Shown piece by piece: positions 1 to 10,548 of a stretch of DNA of 64,000 bases. The notes beneath the pieces are model-generated. The model did no database searches, was not told the DNA's origin, and was given only the letters and a program-made list of their open reading frames with translations. The stretch lies in IMG/VR virus record IMGVR_UViG_3300031951_000008; one strand, 5' to 3'. This DNA comes from a virus (Duplodnaviria > Caudoviricetes). Made by a program: the position numbers and the translations under genes. Position 1 is the stretch's first letter, and every line of letters begins with the position of its first letter.

Positions 1-3000
1 AACCGAAAATGCATGGGTAGCCATCGGCAAAGTCGTGATAGGAGTCTGTTCCGCACTGGCTGTAGCTATTAAATAATGGCTTGTTAGTGATAATATAACC
101 ATCAGACACTTCCGAACTATCAGAGATATCACAAGCCTGGTCTAAAGTAATAGCTGGATTACCGCCTTGCATCTCTAAATAAACACTGTGTATCACGTCG
201 GTGTCGACAAATTCCATGTCAGTACCTAGTGAATGGTCGCCTAAGTTGACAATATCTGGAGGTATTCCATTCCCAATAATCGAATAAAATACTTGATCAT
301 AAACTAGCGACTCGTTCCCGTCTGTGTCATTCTGCATGTAAAAATGTAAGAAAGATGGTTGACTACCGCATGTTTTACCACAAACTTGCGAATAAGCATC
401 ATCCCACGGCCTCGCATTGAATTCAGCAATGTAGTCGTTCATAAGGGCATACATGTTTATAAAGCGACACCCAGGTAAATGTAGAGTCGCTTTCTCGATA
501 TTTATCTCAGGTCTCTGGAGAGCCAAATTATGTTTTTGATCCCATTCTACACTGCCTATTCTATTCGTGAAATGAATGGTTTCATTGGGGTTATCGTAAG
601 CCCTATATAATTTAGACAATTGCGATAATGGTCGCGGGTCGTCGTATGATAAGTTAAGTTGTACACCTTGCGGCCCACTTGCATAATACTTTTGGCTAGC
701 ACTGCTTGAGCCGCCGCTGAATGTAGGGTTATCAGACTTGCTTTGTAATGACCTGTTAGCTGTGCCTTTTAGGGCCATTGTGGTTAAACTTGGATATGAC
801 CAGTATACCCCCGAACCCATTCCCAATCCACAGATTTTGTTGGTATAAGCTTCATTGAATGATAATGAAGACTTGTAAGATATTGTATCCCCTACACGCC
901 CTTTGTATTTGAAATCAATAGCCCCTGCATTATCACAGTATGATTCCCTTGCAGCCGGGCCATCTGACTTGTATACTCCATCATTAGCCACCGATTTACT
1001 TGATTGGCTGTTATCGCCATTCTTAGGCAAGTATTCGTATACTGTCTTGTCCAGGTAGTTATCAATAACTCTATCTTGCCCATACTCAGTATAAGCACAA
1101 TGTGTGCCTTGTGGTACATTCGGCTCGATGACGCATAACGGTGAACTATCGCTTGGTCGGTTATCTAGCATTTTGTAAGCTAGATATTCTTCCATCAGAT
1201 TCTTAAGTTTTCTCTGTCTTAATATAATATCTTCTGGCTTGTACCCAAGGCTAACTGGATCTAATTTACTGCACTCTTGCTCGTTAGGAGTGTTCGGTAA
1301 TATTGCTGGGGGGACCTGCAATTTACCAATATCGGTATACCATTCTTGTGAATAAGTTCCGCCAACGCTTAGGTCAGTTACCTCGTACGTTTCATTTTGT
1401 TCGACACTTGTTTTGACAAGGTTCAGTAAGCTATGTAAAGCACGAATTCGTCTTAAGAATTCTAGCGAGAATTCTAGCGAAGTAGGGTCTGCAAAGTCCT
1501 CACCGTCCTTGATTAGTATTTGTATATCGAATTTGTTACTTTGATTATTAGTTAATGTCTCTGGTACTATTAATTCTTGTTTATAATATGTGGCAAAGAT
1601 GAATATTCTATAATCGTCAGATTCTTCATGGTAGCCATTTAAGGTTAGGTTTAGAAAGTTATCATCTCTGTCTAAACGTACGCCGGTTGTGGTAAGCGGA
1701 TTTATCTGGCCTACAAATATTTGTTGCTTGTCTAATCCTAACTTGCCGGATACCAGGATTTGATTATGGCCAAGCAATCCTTGCGACCCTATTATTTGAA
1801 AAGAACTAACATCTAGAAAACCGGCATTATCTTGGATCACATCAACTGTGTCGCCGTACCCATCTGGATTGGCTTTGATGCTATTGCTAATATTTTGTAG
1901 TTGTGTGTAGGCATCAGAGCCGTTTTCGACTATAAATGCGTCGATAGTGATGCTTCCACCATCTAATCTTGCTTTATAATTATCTAAGCCACGTAAAACC
2001 TGTGGCCTGAATAGCAATGGGACTTTATATTGTATGTCAGTACCGGCTAGTACAGCATCAAGTAGGAGATCTACTTGTGGCAACTTTACGATATCTATCT
2101 GCTCCTGAACATACGCATCAGGTTGCTTATCGCCAGGCCTTATTAACCTCTTGCCGTCAGTAGACCAATATAAGTTCGATATTAATATTTCGAAGCCGAA
2201 TAATCTGAACAGCTCAATTATAGCTTTTTTAGACCCTTTTAGATTCTGCAGGTCTACCGTTCTGCGGAGTACTGCTCTCCTTAGTTGATCGAGTGACTTG
2301 GGAAAATATGGAAGATCCCAACCTAACAAAGATGAAAGATATGGAATTATTTCTGGTTTTACATCAAAAACCCAGTTTAGCCTCTCAAGTAGTCCCTGTT
2401 CGTCAGATATATCTTGCATCATATCTGTAAAGGGACGATATAATGCGACTGTGGTGTCTTGGGACTTGCTTGCGTTAGTGAGATATGGTGGTGGTGTATG
2501 TCGATAAAATTCTTCAAGCACCTCGCCCGGATGGTTTATTACTATACGAGTAGTCGCTAAACCGACGTGCTGATCGTCTATACATAAAAACTGGTCTTCA
2601 TCATCTTCTGATGTTATTCTATTATAATATTCCGCTACATATGATAGTATATAGCTGCCGCTAGGGAGGGTTTCTGTTTCAATTGCTATGTCCGATAGGT
2701 CATAATAGTCAGCTCCCTGATAATAGACGAGATCACCCTTTCTGCCTGATCTTGAGATATACTCGATAATATCGCCATCTTGTATATCCGAGTAAGTGAT
2801 CGTGGTCGTGCCTCTCCTGTAGGTATATTGAGATATATCGACGATTCTTTCTCTATAGTCAAAGGAGTTAAAATTTATAGCGTAAAGCTCTATATTAGGA
2901 TGTCGCATTCCGACATGGTCATGCCCGGCCACCAGTGCTTCCTGAGGTACATTTTCGATAGCGACGCGAACATTAAAGATTCCTGAATTCGCTATAGGCT

Positions 3001-3118
3001 CCTCTAATGGGTTGCGTTTACGTGGTACCGTAAGCACAACCGGCATAGATATTGGTCGCCAACCTGTACGATTATTGTTAACAGGCAACAGTGTAAAATA
3101 TGGTTGATTCTTTGACAT
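1..3118 (-). CDS. Large baseplate wedge / phage tail protein (P2 gpI / T4 gp7-like), 3' end runs off the window; missed by the ORF track
   Basis: Manual translation from ATG at 3118 (RBS GAGGAG) is open to the window edge (>=1039 codons, MSKNQPYFTLLPV...DGYPCIFG). Contains 'LNWVFDVKPEIIPYLSSLLGWDLP...LRRAVLRRTVDLQNLKGSKKAIIELFRLFG', typical of gpI-like baseplate proteins. Confidence 0.75.
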   Translation of the reverse strand, partial: MSKNQPYFTLLPVNNNRTGWRPISMPVVLTVPRKRNPLEEPIANSGIFNVRVAIENVPQEALVAGHDHVGMRHPNIELYAINFNSFDYRERIVDISQYTYRRGTTTITYSDIQDGDIIEYISRSGRKGDLVYYQGADYYDLSDIAIETETLPSGSYILSYVAEYYNRITSEDDEDQFLCIDDQHVGLATTRIVINHPGEVLEEFYRHTPPPYLTNASKSQDTTVALYRPFTDMMQDISDEQGLLERLNWVFDVKPEIIPYLSSLLGWDLPYFPKSLDQLRRAVLRRTVDLQNLKGSKKAIIELFRLFGFEILISNLYWSTDGKRLIRPGDKQPDAYVQEQIDIVKLPQVDLLLDAVLAGTDIQYKVPLLFRPQVLRGLDNYKARLDGGSITIDAFIVENGSDAYTQLQNISNSIKANPDGYGDTVDVIQDNAGFLDVSSFQIIGSQGLLGHNQILVSGKLGLDKQQIFVGQINPLTTTGVRLDRDDNFLNLTLNGYHEESDDYRIFIFATYYKQELIVPETLTNNQSNKFDIQILIKDGEDFADPTSLEFSLEFLRRIRALHSLLNLVKTSVEQNETYEVTDLSVGGTYSQEWYTDIGKLQVPPAILPNTPNEQECSKLDPVSLGYKPEDIILRQRKLKNLMEEYLAYKMLDNRPSDSSPLCVIEPNVPQGTHCAYTEYGQDRVIDNYLDKTVYEYLPKNGDNSQSSKSVANDGVYKSDGPAARESYCDNAGAIDFKYKGRVGDTISYKSSLSFNEAYTNKICGLGMGSGVYWSYPSLTTMALKGTANRSLQSKSDNPTFSGGSSSASQKYYASGPQGVQLNLSYDDPRPLSQLSKLYRAYDNPNETIHFTNRIGSVEWDQKHNLALQRPEINIEKATLHLPGCRFINMYALMNDYIAEFNARPWDDAYSQVCGKTCGSQPSFLHFYMQNDTDGNESLVYDQVFYSIIGNGIPPDIVNLGDHSLGTDMEFVDTDVIHSVYLEMQGGNPAITLDQACDISDSSEVSDGYIITNKPLFNSYSQCGTDSYHDFADGYPCIFG

Positions 3119-3195
3119 AGGCTCCTCATTTTTAGCTACTAGTATATTTTACGTATCTATTATATGAGAGCTAAAATAAGAGTAAGGATAAAATT

Positions 3196-3690
3196 ATGAT
3201 AGATACAAATGGTTCTGTGTTTTACCAAGACGATTATGGGCAGCTCTATAGGACGACTTGGGAGGTCAAATCTGACAGGATCTCTATTACGAGTGCTGTT
3301 TTCCAACCATACATATGGGGTAAAGAATCTGAAGTAATTAGACGCAATAATAACATATATAAGGAAGGCATTGTCACGGTTACTGAACAGATCTTACAAC
3401 CTGTCGAATATGGTTATATAATTATAGCCGAAGGAACTACTCAGTACGAAGATTATATACAACTAACTTTTAATTGCGAGATGGGTCCAAGAGACGATTT
3501 TAAATATCATCTCAACAATCTGTGTACAGACCAGGTAATATCAGCCATCACCTCTGGTCCTCGTTGGGCAGATCCGGATGATCCTAACGATGTTAATTGT
3601 GTATGGGCGGACGTGAATAACGATGGCAGCCCAGTTGACATTACCGCAACTGGAGGAGTAGATATATTATCTTGGATCGATGTCTGGTAA
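3196..3690 (+). CDS. Hypothetical protein (164 aa)
   Basis: ORF with AAGGA RBS; first gene of a 3-gene + strand unit. Confidence 0.7.
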   Translation: MIDTNGSVFYQDDYGQLYRTTWEVKSDRISITSAVFQPYIWGKESEVIRRNNNIYKEGIVTVTEQILQPVEYGYIIIAEGTTQYEDYIQLTFNCEMGPRDDFKYHLNNLCTDQVISAITSGPRWADPDDPNDVNCVWADVNNDGSPVDITATGGVDILSWIDVW

Positions 3691-3699
3691 TATCTGAAC

Positions 3700-5394
3700 A
3701 TGCGAACTATATTATTAATCATTTTACTGGCAAGTACCTGTATAGGGCAAGATAGATTCTCATTGGTTAATGGTGCTGTTACGCCAAAGGCCATCGATTT
3801 TAATTTATCCGATTACCAAGCATTCGTAAAAGATGTAAAGACAGCTCCTACGCCTACTAACGCTATAGATCTAGCTATAAGCGATCTAGCTACTGTCGAT
3901 GAGTTCCAAAGACCTTTCTTAAGATATGTGTGGGTACCAGATGGCGACATGGCTAAGGTCGGACAGGTATCCTTTGCTGTTAATACTGCTATATCGCATT
4001 CGAGCAATATCGTTATACCAAGCGTGGTTCAAGGTGGTAAGCTAGTTAGATGGGATCTGCGATTATTAGCTCCTATAACAAGTGACTTGACAAGGTTGAT
4101 TACTCTATGGGAAAAGCTAGCCGACGAGCCGTACTTTCACGTTAAACCAGCGTTACCTTTAAATGCCGTAGTAATCGCATCCGCTACTGGCGACCCAACA
4201 GGATCTAAGAGGTTTAGAATAGGCGATCAGCTATTTTTCCAAGCGGTAACTGGTGATATATTCCTATTTTATAACAACGCCTGGAAAAAGCAAGATATAC
4301 CAGCATTTGGTAGCCACACCAATTTACAATCAGCAGTGATATTGCAAGGCCTCACGCAATCAAATGCCCCTATTGTGAGATACGATTGGTTTATCGTAAA
4401 GATTTTGTCTGCTGTAGATGGTGGCTTGTATTATGATTTTATCAATGTAGAAAGAAATCCGAGGGGTAAATCTGCACAAGATGCATGGCTAGAAAGTTTA
4501 GGAGTGTCGGAGAAAGCGATTCAGAGCCTGAAATCCGACCAAAGGTCAGCTATCTTTAGGTCCAACGTTACCGGAAGACCCAGACGAATAGATTTATTTC
4601 AAGGCTCTTACGTTAGACCTTCTGCTGGCAGTGGCCTTATAACTATAACCCACGACATTGGAGAGGGTGATCTAGGGACTGATAAAGATCCAATAAGAAA
4701 TTTATTAGATTTTAAAGACAAGGCGAGAGAGGTTATAGCCGAAAGACCAAACGGTTTGCACATCTTTCTCTTATTTGACGGCAATGGTGGCCTGCAAAAT
4801 TCTGCACCAGATGATATCGTTAGAGATCATACCATTCCGTCCCCTCATCCCGCCAGAGTTCAACCTGCTATTGGGTGTATTCGTTGCCACGGTCCTTTCG
4901 AGGGGGTACAACCATTTGCAAATGATGTTCAGACAATGCTCAAGAGCCGTTTAGACATATTCGGCGATCTATCTAGCAAGCAATCAACACCGGACGTGCT
5001 TGATAGGCTAGCCGGGCTGTATACCGGAGACTTTCAAAAGCCTATAAGAAGGATGAGAGATGATTACTCCGATGCAGGGTTTATGGCATCTGGTGGCCAA
5101 AGCATTCCTGTCGTTTCTGCCGGTATATCGAAAATATATGGTGAGTATTTTTACGATACTGTAAGTGCTGAAAAAGCTTGTGCTGAATTAGGTTTTATAG
5201 TACCCAAAAGCAAATCTGTAGACTATTTAAAGATATTATTGCCCCCATTGCCACGGGACATAACTGGCATTATTCCTGAAGACCCTATAATTGGTGCGTT
5301 GAAGTCAGGCTTAGCGGTAAATAGATTCCAGTGGGAACTGGTCTATGGTGACGCTGCATTTCGCGTGCAACAATCATTACGGTCGAAGAAATAG
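3700..5394 (+). CDS. Secreted protein with a single CxxCH heme-c binding motif (planctomycete-like)
   Basis: Signal peptide MRTILLIILLASTCIG; 'EVIAERPNGLHIFLLFDGNG' followed by 'GCIRCHG'. Confidence 0.7.
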   Translation: MRTILLIILLASTCIGQDRFSLVNGAVTPKAIDFNLSDYQAFVKDVKTAPTPTNAIDLAISDLATVDEFQRPFLRYVWVPDGDMAKVGQVSFAVNTAISHSSNIVIPSVVQGGKLVRWDLRLLAPITSDLTRLITLWEKLADEPYFHVKPALPLNAVVIASATGDPTGSKRFRIGDQLFFQAVTGDIFLFYNNAWKKQDIPAFGSHTNLQSAVILQGLTQSNAPIVRYDWFIVKILSAVDGGLYYDFINVERNPRGKSAQDAWLESLGVSEKAIQSLKSDQRSAIFRSNVTGRPRRIDLFQGSYVRPSAGSGLITITHDIGEGDLGTDKDPIRNLLDFKDKAREVIAERPNGLHIFLLFDGNGGLQNSAPDDIVRDHTIPSPHPARVQPAIGCIRCHGPFEGVQPFANDVQTMLKSRLDIFGDLSSKQSTPDVLDRLAGLYTGDFQKPIRRMRDDYSDAGFMASGGQSIPVVSAGISKIYGEYFYDTVSAEKACAELGFIVPKSKSVDYLKILLPPLPRDITGIIPEDPIIGALKSGLAVNRFQWELVYGDAAFRVQQSLRSKK

Positions 5395-5415
5395 AGGCTG
5401 ATAAGGAGCTTAAAA

Positions 5416-6294
5416 ATGGTTAGAGTGTTAGGTATTTTAATCGTTATTATGTTTACTACTTCCGCTGACGCGCAATTGCTGCGATCGAGATCACGGGTAG
5501 TTGTTCAACAACCAGTATGTGCTAATGGTGTTTGCAATGTGCAAGCAGCACCTGTAATCCAAGCAACACCTGTAATTCAAGCAGCACCGGTAATCCAAGC
5601 ACCGGTTAACCATTTCCAGCAGCCAATCATCCAAAGCCAAGTGGTCGGAGTACCTGTCCCGGTTCAGTATACCCAGCCTCTAGTAGCACAAGGCAACACC
5701 GTATATGGCTACCACGCATTGTCACAATTCCAGAATCAAGTAGACATGGGTCTACTTTATAATCAAGCGGCGAGGTTAACAGATCAAGCACAACAATTAG
5801 CTGGTCAGGCTGCTACTGACTTTCAAAATATCGTGCAAAATGAGGGTCAAAACCGCTTAGAGATAGCTAAGATCATTGCACAGGGTCAGGCTGCTAAAGA
5901 GGCTTTGCTAGCAGCCAAAGGTCCTGAGACAATTGTTCAAAAGCGTGAATTCAGTTTTAAGATCACTCAGCAATCGGACGGTCAGTTTAAGATAGAGCAA
6001 ACGGATATGAGTCCTGACTTTGGCCTGATTAGCGGTAAACAGTCTGCTAATAATGTGGCTAGCGTATCAAATTTGTTATCTCAGAAGTGCGTTGCTTGTC
6101 ATAATGACAGTAATTCAATGGGCGGGTTAAACTTGTTGAAGCCTATAACGGAGCAGCAACAACAGTCTATCATCAACCGTGTCGTAACAGATGATGAGTC
6201 AATTAGAATGCCCAGATTGAAGTCTGGCGCACCCGCCCCTAAGCTGTCCAAAGAAGAAATAGCCTTGCTATATCAGGCTTTCAAAGCTCAGTAA
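5416..6294 (+). CDS. Secreted Q-rich protein with C-terminal planctomycete-type cytochrome c domain (PSCyt1-like)
   Basis: AAGGAG RBS; signal peptide; QAAPVI repeats; 'KCVACHNDSNSMGGLNL...RV...RMP' (CxxCH plus distal Met). Confidence 0.75.
   Translation: MVRVLGILIVIMFTTSADAQLLRSRSRVVVQQPVCANGVCNVQAAPVIQATPVIQAAPVIQAPVNHFQQPIIQSQVVGVPVPVQYTQPLVAQGNTVYGYHALSQFQNQVDMGLLYNQAARLTDQAQQLAGQAATDFQNIVQNEGQNRLEIAKIIAQGQAAKEALLAAKGPETIVQKREFSFKITQQSDGQFKIEQTDMSPDFGLISGKQSANNVASVSNLLSQKCVACHNDSNSMGGLNLLKPITEQQQQSIINRVVTDDESIRMPRLKSGAPAPKLSKEEIALLYQAFKAQ
5542..5607 (+). repeat. 18-bp coding tandem repeat (QAAPVI), about 3.5 units
   Basis: caagcagcacctgtaatc-like units. Confidence 0.8.
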
Positions 6295-6587
6295 AAATAC
6301 TTAACAGTCTTAGATTTTAGATGGTGGGTACAGTCTGGGAGGTACTCAATACTACCTTTCGTGATATAAAAGTGACATATGCTACTACCGGTCACTATTC
6401 TCACGTTAGTCATAAATGTGGGACAACTGTCAGTCCCATAGTTTGCGTTAGCATCTGGTATTTTATGTTCTTGGCAGCACGCGGGGCAAATAAAGGCACT
6501 GTGGCCATCATTCTTAGTTAGACGATGTGAGCCCGCTGGCCCGATATATTTGCCCCTGCCATGGACATTAATCTTAATATCTATCAT
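6288..6587 (-). CDS. Small Cys/His-rich phage protein (DUF6527-like)
   Basis: 'CPACCQEH...PTF...CHFYITKGSIEYLPDCTH'. Confidence 0.6.
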   Translation of the reverse strand: MIDIKINVHGRGKYIGPAGSHRLTKNDGHSAFICPACCQEHKIPDANANYGTDSCPTFMTNVRIVTGSSICHFYITKGSIEYLPDCTHHLKSKTVKYFY

Positions 6588-7003
6588 TGTGGCATCGTAG
6601 CGGTAAGGCTTAGGATGTTCACCGTGCCGCCCTTAACAAAGTCAATGAAGTCAAATTCTAAGTCTCCTCCGCCGCCGGTAGCCGTAATGCTGCCGTCCAT
6701 CACAGCACCGCTGTCACGGTTATAAATTCTAAACCATGATGCCTGCCCAGTATTATCGATATTGGTATCAGATGAGATTGTATTGGCTGTGGTTGTGCCA
6801 TTATTGACGGGACCGAAGGCTGGGTTAGAGAAAGATAATGTCGCTAGCAGTAAACCATCAGTTGGTGCGGCTTGCGGTGATGGTGGTTTAGTGCCACTCC
6901 TAATCTGCAGATAACCATTGGGTAGTGTAGTCCCTTGGTCGATCAGACTTATGATACTTGTACAAGCGATATTGCGAGCTACCAACGATATGTTAACTGT
7001 CAT
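6584..7003 (-). CDS. Conserved phage virion structural protein (139 aa)
   Basis: 'ARN...LQIRSGTKP...LLATLSFSNPAF...TGQASWFRI...DGSI...GDL' pattern seen widely in phage structural modules. Confidence 0.65.
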   Translation of the reverse strand: MTVNISLVARNIACTSIISLIDQGTTLPNGYLQIRSGTKPPSPQAAPTDGLLLATLSFSNPAFGPVNNGTTTANTISSDTNIDNTGQASWFRIYNRDSGAVMDGSITATGGGGDLEFDFIDFVKGGTVNILSLTATMPQ

Positions 7004-7007
7004 TTTA

Positions 7008-9569
7008 TTACCTTTTTGTGACTAATTTCTTTTTGTGATCATTGGTAAAGAAACTAGGCCTAGTACGAGGTGGTGATTTAACTTCGACCGGATTATCCCT
7101 GGGTTTAACTAAATCCTTGACTATAGCTGGCTTTCGTAATGTTTTAGCTTCTATAGTCTTGACTGAGCTTTGTATTACAGCCTTTTCTGTATTTTTCCGC
7201 TGCGGCCTAGCTGTATTTACATGAAATTGCGATTTTGGCTGAAATAGTGGTTGTGGCTCTAATTTAGTCTCTACTTTAATTTGTTCTTTAATTGGCTTAG
7301 CTGTTTGTATATCTTTGGTAATTATGCTTTCGACTTCTTTTTTAGGTAATGGCTTTATGTTACCAGCATCATCATTAGCAATAATTATTATACTTGGCTT
7401 TATATTAAAATTTATTAGCGTTTCTGGTAAAATCGCAGTGTCTTTAACCTCAACCGCTGGTAATTGCTCCTTTAACAGAGCACTTGGTACGGGCACTGTA
7501 AATTCATTAGTGCTCGTGATTACTACTGGAATGCCTGAGCCACAATCTTGGTTATTGGCACAGCAATCACTTAATCCGGCACTCAAATCGACAATACCAT
7601 AGCCGTAGAGATCTTTTAATATTCTCCTATTTATATTGCATGTATTAGGCTGCTGAACCTTCGGCGGAGTGTAAGACCCTTTGCTATTAACCTTTAGTTT
7701 AGGTAATACCAAGATAGCCTTGGTGGCTACTCTTGGGTTTAGTACCGATCCTATCCCTGTTAATAAAAACTTTTTAAATCGAATAACAGATTGTCCAGTA
7801 TAAGCTGCGAATAGTAGAGCATCTGTATTACTGAATAGGTTTAAGTATGAAGCTAATTTTGAATTGGTGGTAGTATTTTTAGAGCTTCTGCCTCGCAATA
7901 ATGCGTTGGTACTATTACTGACGGATTTTTGCCCACTTAGCAATGCGTCAGATGTGTGATTGACCTCAACTAAGCCAATCTGCAACCTCGTGTCCGTATT
8001 ATGCTCAGATAGTCGATTGCTTAATATCCAAGCATCTGTGGTAAAATAATTGTCGTTAGCCTTAATTAGCACTGAATCCGTAGTGCTTATGGTTGTGCGG
8101 GTTGTTAATAATCTCGTATCAGTATAGCTTTCTACACTGCCACTACCCATGATAAGGGCATCTGTATGGTTGGCTCTAGTTAGCGAAGCCAGCAGCAATG
8201 TGTTTGTATAATGAACTGTTCCCGTAGCACTAAGTAAAGAAGACTCGGTTGTATGAGAAGCGAAAGCTAATGATATAAGTAATGATTGTGTCGATTGAAC
8301 CAGATCAATCAACAAATAAATTCTGCCGCTAGTTGTCTGTGTCCTGGTATTACTGCTCTTCAGTAACGCATTAGTTGTCTGTGTCCTGGTATTACTGCTC
8401 TTCAGTAACGCATTAGTTGTCTGTGTCCTGGTATTACTGCTCTTCAGTAACGCATTAGTAGCATGCGTCCTTACGTTACTGCTCTTGAGGAGTGCGTTTG
8501 TAGTCTGTGTCCTTACGTTACTGCTCTTCAGGAGAGCATCAGTAGTATGCGTCCTGATATTACTGCTCTTCAGGAGAGCATCAGCGGTCTGCGTCCTTAC
8601 ATTACTGCTCTTCAGGAGTACATCAGTCGTATGCGTACGATTATTACTGCTCTTCAGAAACGCGGCAGTAGTCTGCGTACGGGCATTGCTACTCTTTAAC
8701 AGGGCATTGGAATAGTGTAGTGCTACATTCAAGCCAGACAAGAGTGTGTTAGCTGTGTGCGTCCTGGTATTGCTGCTCTTCAGTAACGTATCAGCAGTCT
8801 GCGTCCTGGTATTGCTGCTCTTCAGTAACGTATCAGCAGTCTGCGTCCTTACATTACTGCTCTTAAAGAGTGCATCAGTTATATGCGTGCGTATATTACT
8901 GCTCTTCAGTAAAGCATTAATGGTCTGGGTCCGAGTATTATTGCTCTTCAGCAATGCGTCAGTAGCATGAGCCTTCGTGCTTACACTATTAAGCCTACTA
9001 TCGGTGGTAAAGGATTTGGTATAGGTGCCTTTTAAAAGTACATCTGATGAACTATATAATATAGTCGTACTGCTTAATCTACTATTGGTCGTAGAAATCT
9101 GCGTCGATGTTGCCTTAATTAAAGAATCGACTGTCTGCGACCTTGTATAGTTAGCCTTGAGTAAGACATCTGTTAGATGCGATCTCGTAAAGCCGCCCTT
9201 AACCAAAGAATCAGTCGCCTGGAGTTTACTATAATTAGCCTGTAAAAGTGAATTAGTACTATTGCTAGTTACATATACTATTTTACTAGCCAACAATGCA
9301 TCAACGGTTTGCTGTTTTGAGTAACTGGCTTTGAGAAGTGTATCTGTGTTGCTAGTATTAGTATATGTTACCGTACCACCGCTTAGTAAAGAATCAGTGC
9401 TATGAGTTAATAGGTTATTGCTCTTCAGTAAAGAGCTGGTATATGAAGATATATTGTAATTTGAGCTACCGCCTAATAGGGCATCGGTCGTATGCGATAT
9501 GGAAAGGATCTGCAGTGGCAATAGACCTAAATTAGTCTGTGCCCCATCGAAAAATCTACGACTACTCAT
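7008..9569 (-). CDS. Large repeat-containing protein, probable fibre / virion appendage (853 aa)
   Basis: 14-aa periodic Thr/Ser-rich repeats over about 600 aa; Cys cluster; basic, Pro-rich C-terminus. Confidence 0.7.
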   Translation of the reverse strand: MSSRRFFDGAQTNLGLLPLQILSISHTTDALLGGSSNYNISSYTSSLLKSNNLLTHSTDSLLSGGTVTYTNTSNTDTLLKASYSKQQTVDALLASKIVYVTSNSTNSLLQANYSKLQATDSLVKGGFTRSHLTDVLLKANYTRSQTVDSLIKATSTQISTTNSRLSSTTILYSSSDVLLKGTYTKSFTTDSRLNSVSTKAHATDALLKSNNTRTQTINALLKSSNIRTHITDALFKSSNVRTQTADTLLKSSNTRTQTADTLLKSSNTRTHTANTLLSGLNVALHYSNALLKSSNARTQTTAAFLKSSNNRTHTTDVLLKSSNVRTQTADALLKSSNIRTHTTDALLKSSNVRTQTTNALLKSSNVRTHATNALLKSSNTRTQTTNALLKSSNTRTQTTNALLKSSNTRTQTTSGRIYLLIDLVQSTQSLLISLAFASHTTESSLLSATGTVHYTNTLLLASLTRANHTDALIMGSGSVESYTDTRLLTTRTTISTTDSVLIKANDNYFTTDAWILSNRLSEHNTDTRLQIGLVEVNHTSDALLSGQKSVSNSTNALLRGRSSKNTTTNSKLASYLNLFSNTDALLFAAYTGQSVIRFKKFLLTGIGSVLNPRVATKAILVLPKLKVNSKGSYTPPKVQQPNTCNINRRILKDLYGYGIVDLSAGLSDCCANNQDCGSGIPVVITSTNEFTVPVPSALLKEQLPAVEVKDTAILPETLINFNIKPSIIIIANDDAGNIKPLPKKEVESIITKDIQTAKPIKEQIKVETKLEPQPLFQPKSQFHVNTARPQRKNTEKAVIQSSVKTIEAKTLRKPAIVKDLVKPRDNPVEVKSPPRTRPSFFTNDHKKKLVTKR
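8328..8957 (-). repeat. 42-bp coding tandem repeat, 15 well-conserved units (LLKSSNxRTxTxxA)
   Basis: Unit e.g. gcattagttgtctgtgtcctggtattactgctcttcagtaac; the last three units are near-identical. Confidence 0.95.
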
Positions 9570-9580
9570 CTAATCGCCCT

Positions 9581-9847
9581 TTAGTTAGAGGCTTTTTTCC
9601 AGTGAGCAGCTCGATTGCCATTAGCGTCTGTAACGATTATTTTACGATATAACGCATTAGTAATTGCGTTATAATAATATTCATGCCTATGTGTATTGGG
9701 ATCTGGTGGAAAGGCTGTTGGTTCCAAAATATTTCCACCTAGTCTTTCAACCATGCGGATGTTGTTAAACCCTACGGACTTCGGTTGTCGCTTTTGCTTT
9801 AGGTCGTTTAAAAATTCGTTTGTTACTGCTAAGCTATTTTCTGCCAT
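9581..9847 (-). CDS. Hypothetical protein (88 aa)
   Basis: ORF co-oriented with the structural genes. Confidence 0.65.
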   Translation of the reverse strand: MAENSLAVTNEFLNDLKQKRQPKSVGFNNIRMVERLGGNILEPTAFPPDPNTHRHEYYYNAITNALYRKIIVTDANGNRAAHWKKASN

Positions 9848-10015
9848 GATTACTCGTAGTACTCGCTTTGGTAATTAGAATACGTTTTATGTATCTTTGT
9901 GCCTGGCCGATAGATATTGTTAATAATTAATTGGTGCTTTATTCGCGATGTCTAAGCTCTTGCCACATGATAGCATAATTTTCGATCTTCGTTTCTCTTA
10001 GCATGAGGTATAATA

Positions 10016-10522
10016 ATGCATAAGAAACCTTCTACTTTCAATGTAGTCCCACCATTTTCTGGAGTCATTGTTGCCCAACTCAATTGTAACATGGCATCAG
10101 ATCTAGTTCATTTCTTCAAAGAGCAGTTCGGTAGCGCACCAGAAGTGCTACGAAAAAATCTCTCACAAGATCCTGAGCTAGCCAGCCTAATTTGTCATCT
10201 TGATGATCCAAATTACGAAGATGAACAATGGGAACCATCGCAAAACTCAGCCACTTTCGAGATCATTGAAGCCTTTAATGACGTTATTCTGATCACAATG
10301 GATTCAGCGATGCGGGATATGCTTATTAATTATATCTCGGACTACGAAGGCGAAGTACAAAAGACCATTTGGGCTTTTCGGCTAGCACTGGAGAATCCAG
10401 TCGGCAAAATCCAAGCACGCCGTGATAATACTTCTCGCCGTCCTCAAAGGGACCAGGGGAGAGATCAAGGTAGAGATTATCGAGACCGTGATTATCAAAG
10501 CCGTTCTCGTCGCTACGGCTGA
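10016..10522 (+). CDS. Hypothetical protein with R/D/Q-rich low-complexity tail
   Basis: GAGG RBS; C-terminus 'RDQGRDQGRDYRDRDYQSRSRRYG'. Confidence 0.75.
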   Translation: MHKKPSTFNVVPPFSGVIVAQLNCNMASDLVHFFKEQFGSAPEVLRKNLSQDPELASLICHLDDPNYEDEQWEPSQNSATFEIIEAFNDVILITMDSAMRDMLINYISDYEGEVQKTIWAFRLALENPVGKIQARRDNTSRRPQRDQGRDQGRDYRDRDYQSRSRRYG

Positions 10523-10548
10523 GCTACAGCACATTTGTAAGGAGTACA

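Noticed and set aside
8328-8957. 42-bp tandem repeats as CRISPR or a non-coding array
   Set aside because: No spacers; the repeats are in frame within an 853-aa ORF
8463-8970. + strand ORFs 8463-8699, 8485-8715 and 8746-8970
   Set aside because: Antisense shadows of the 42-bp repeat region
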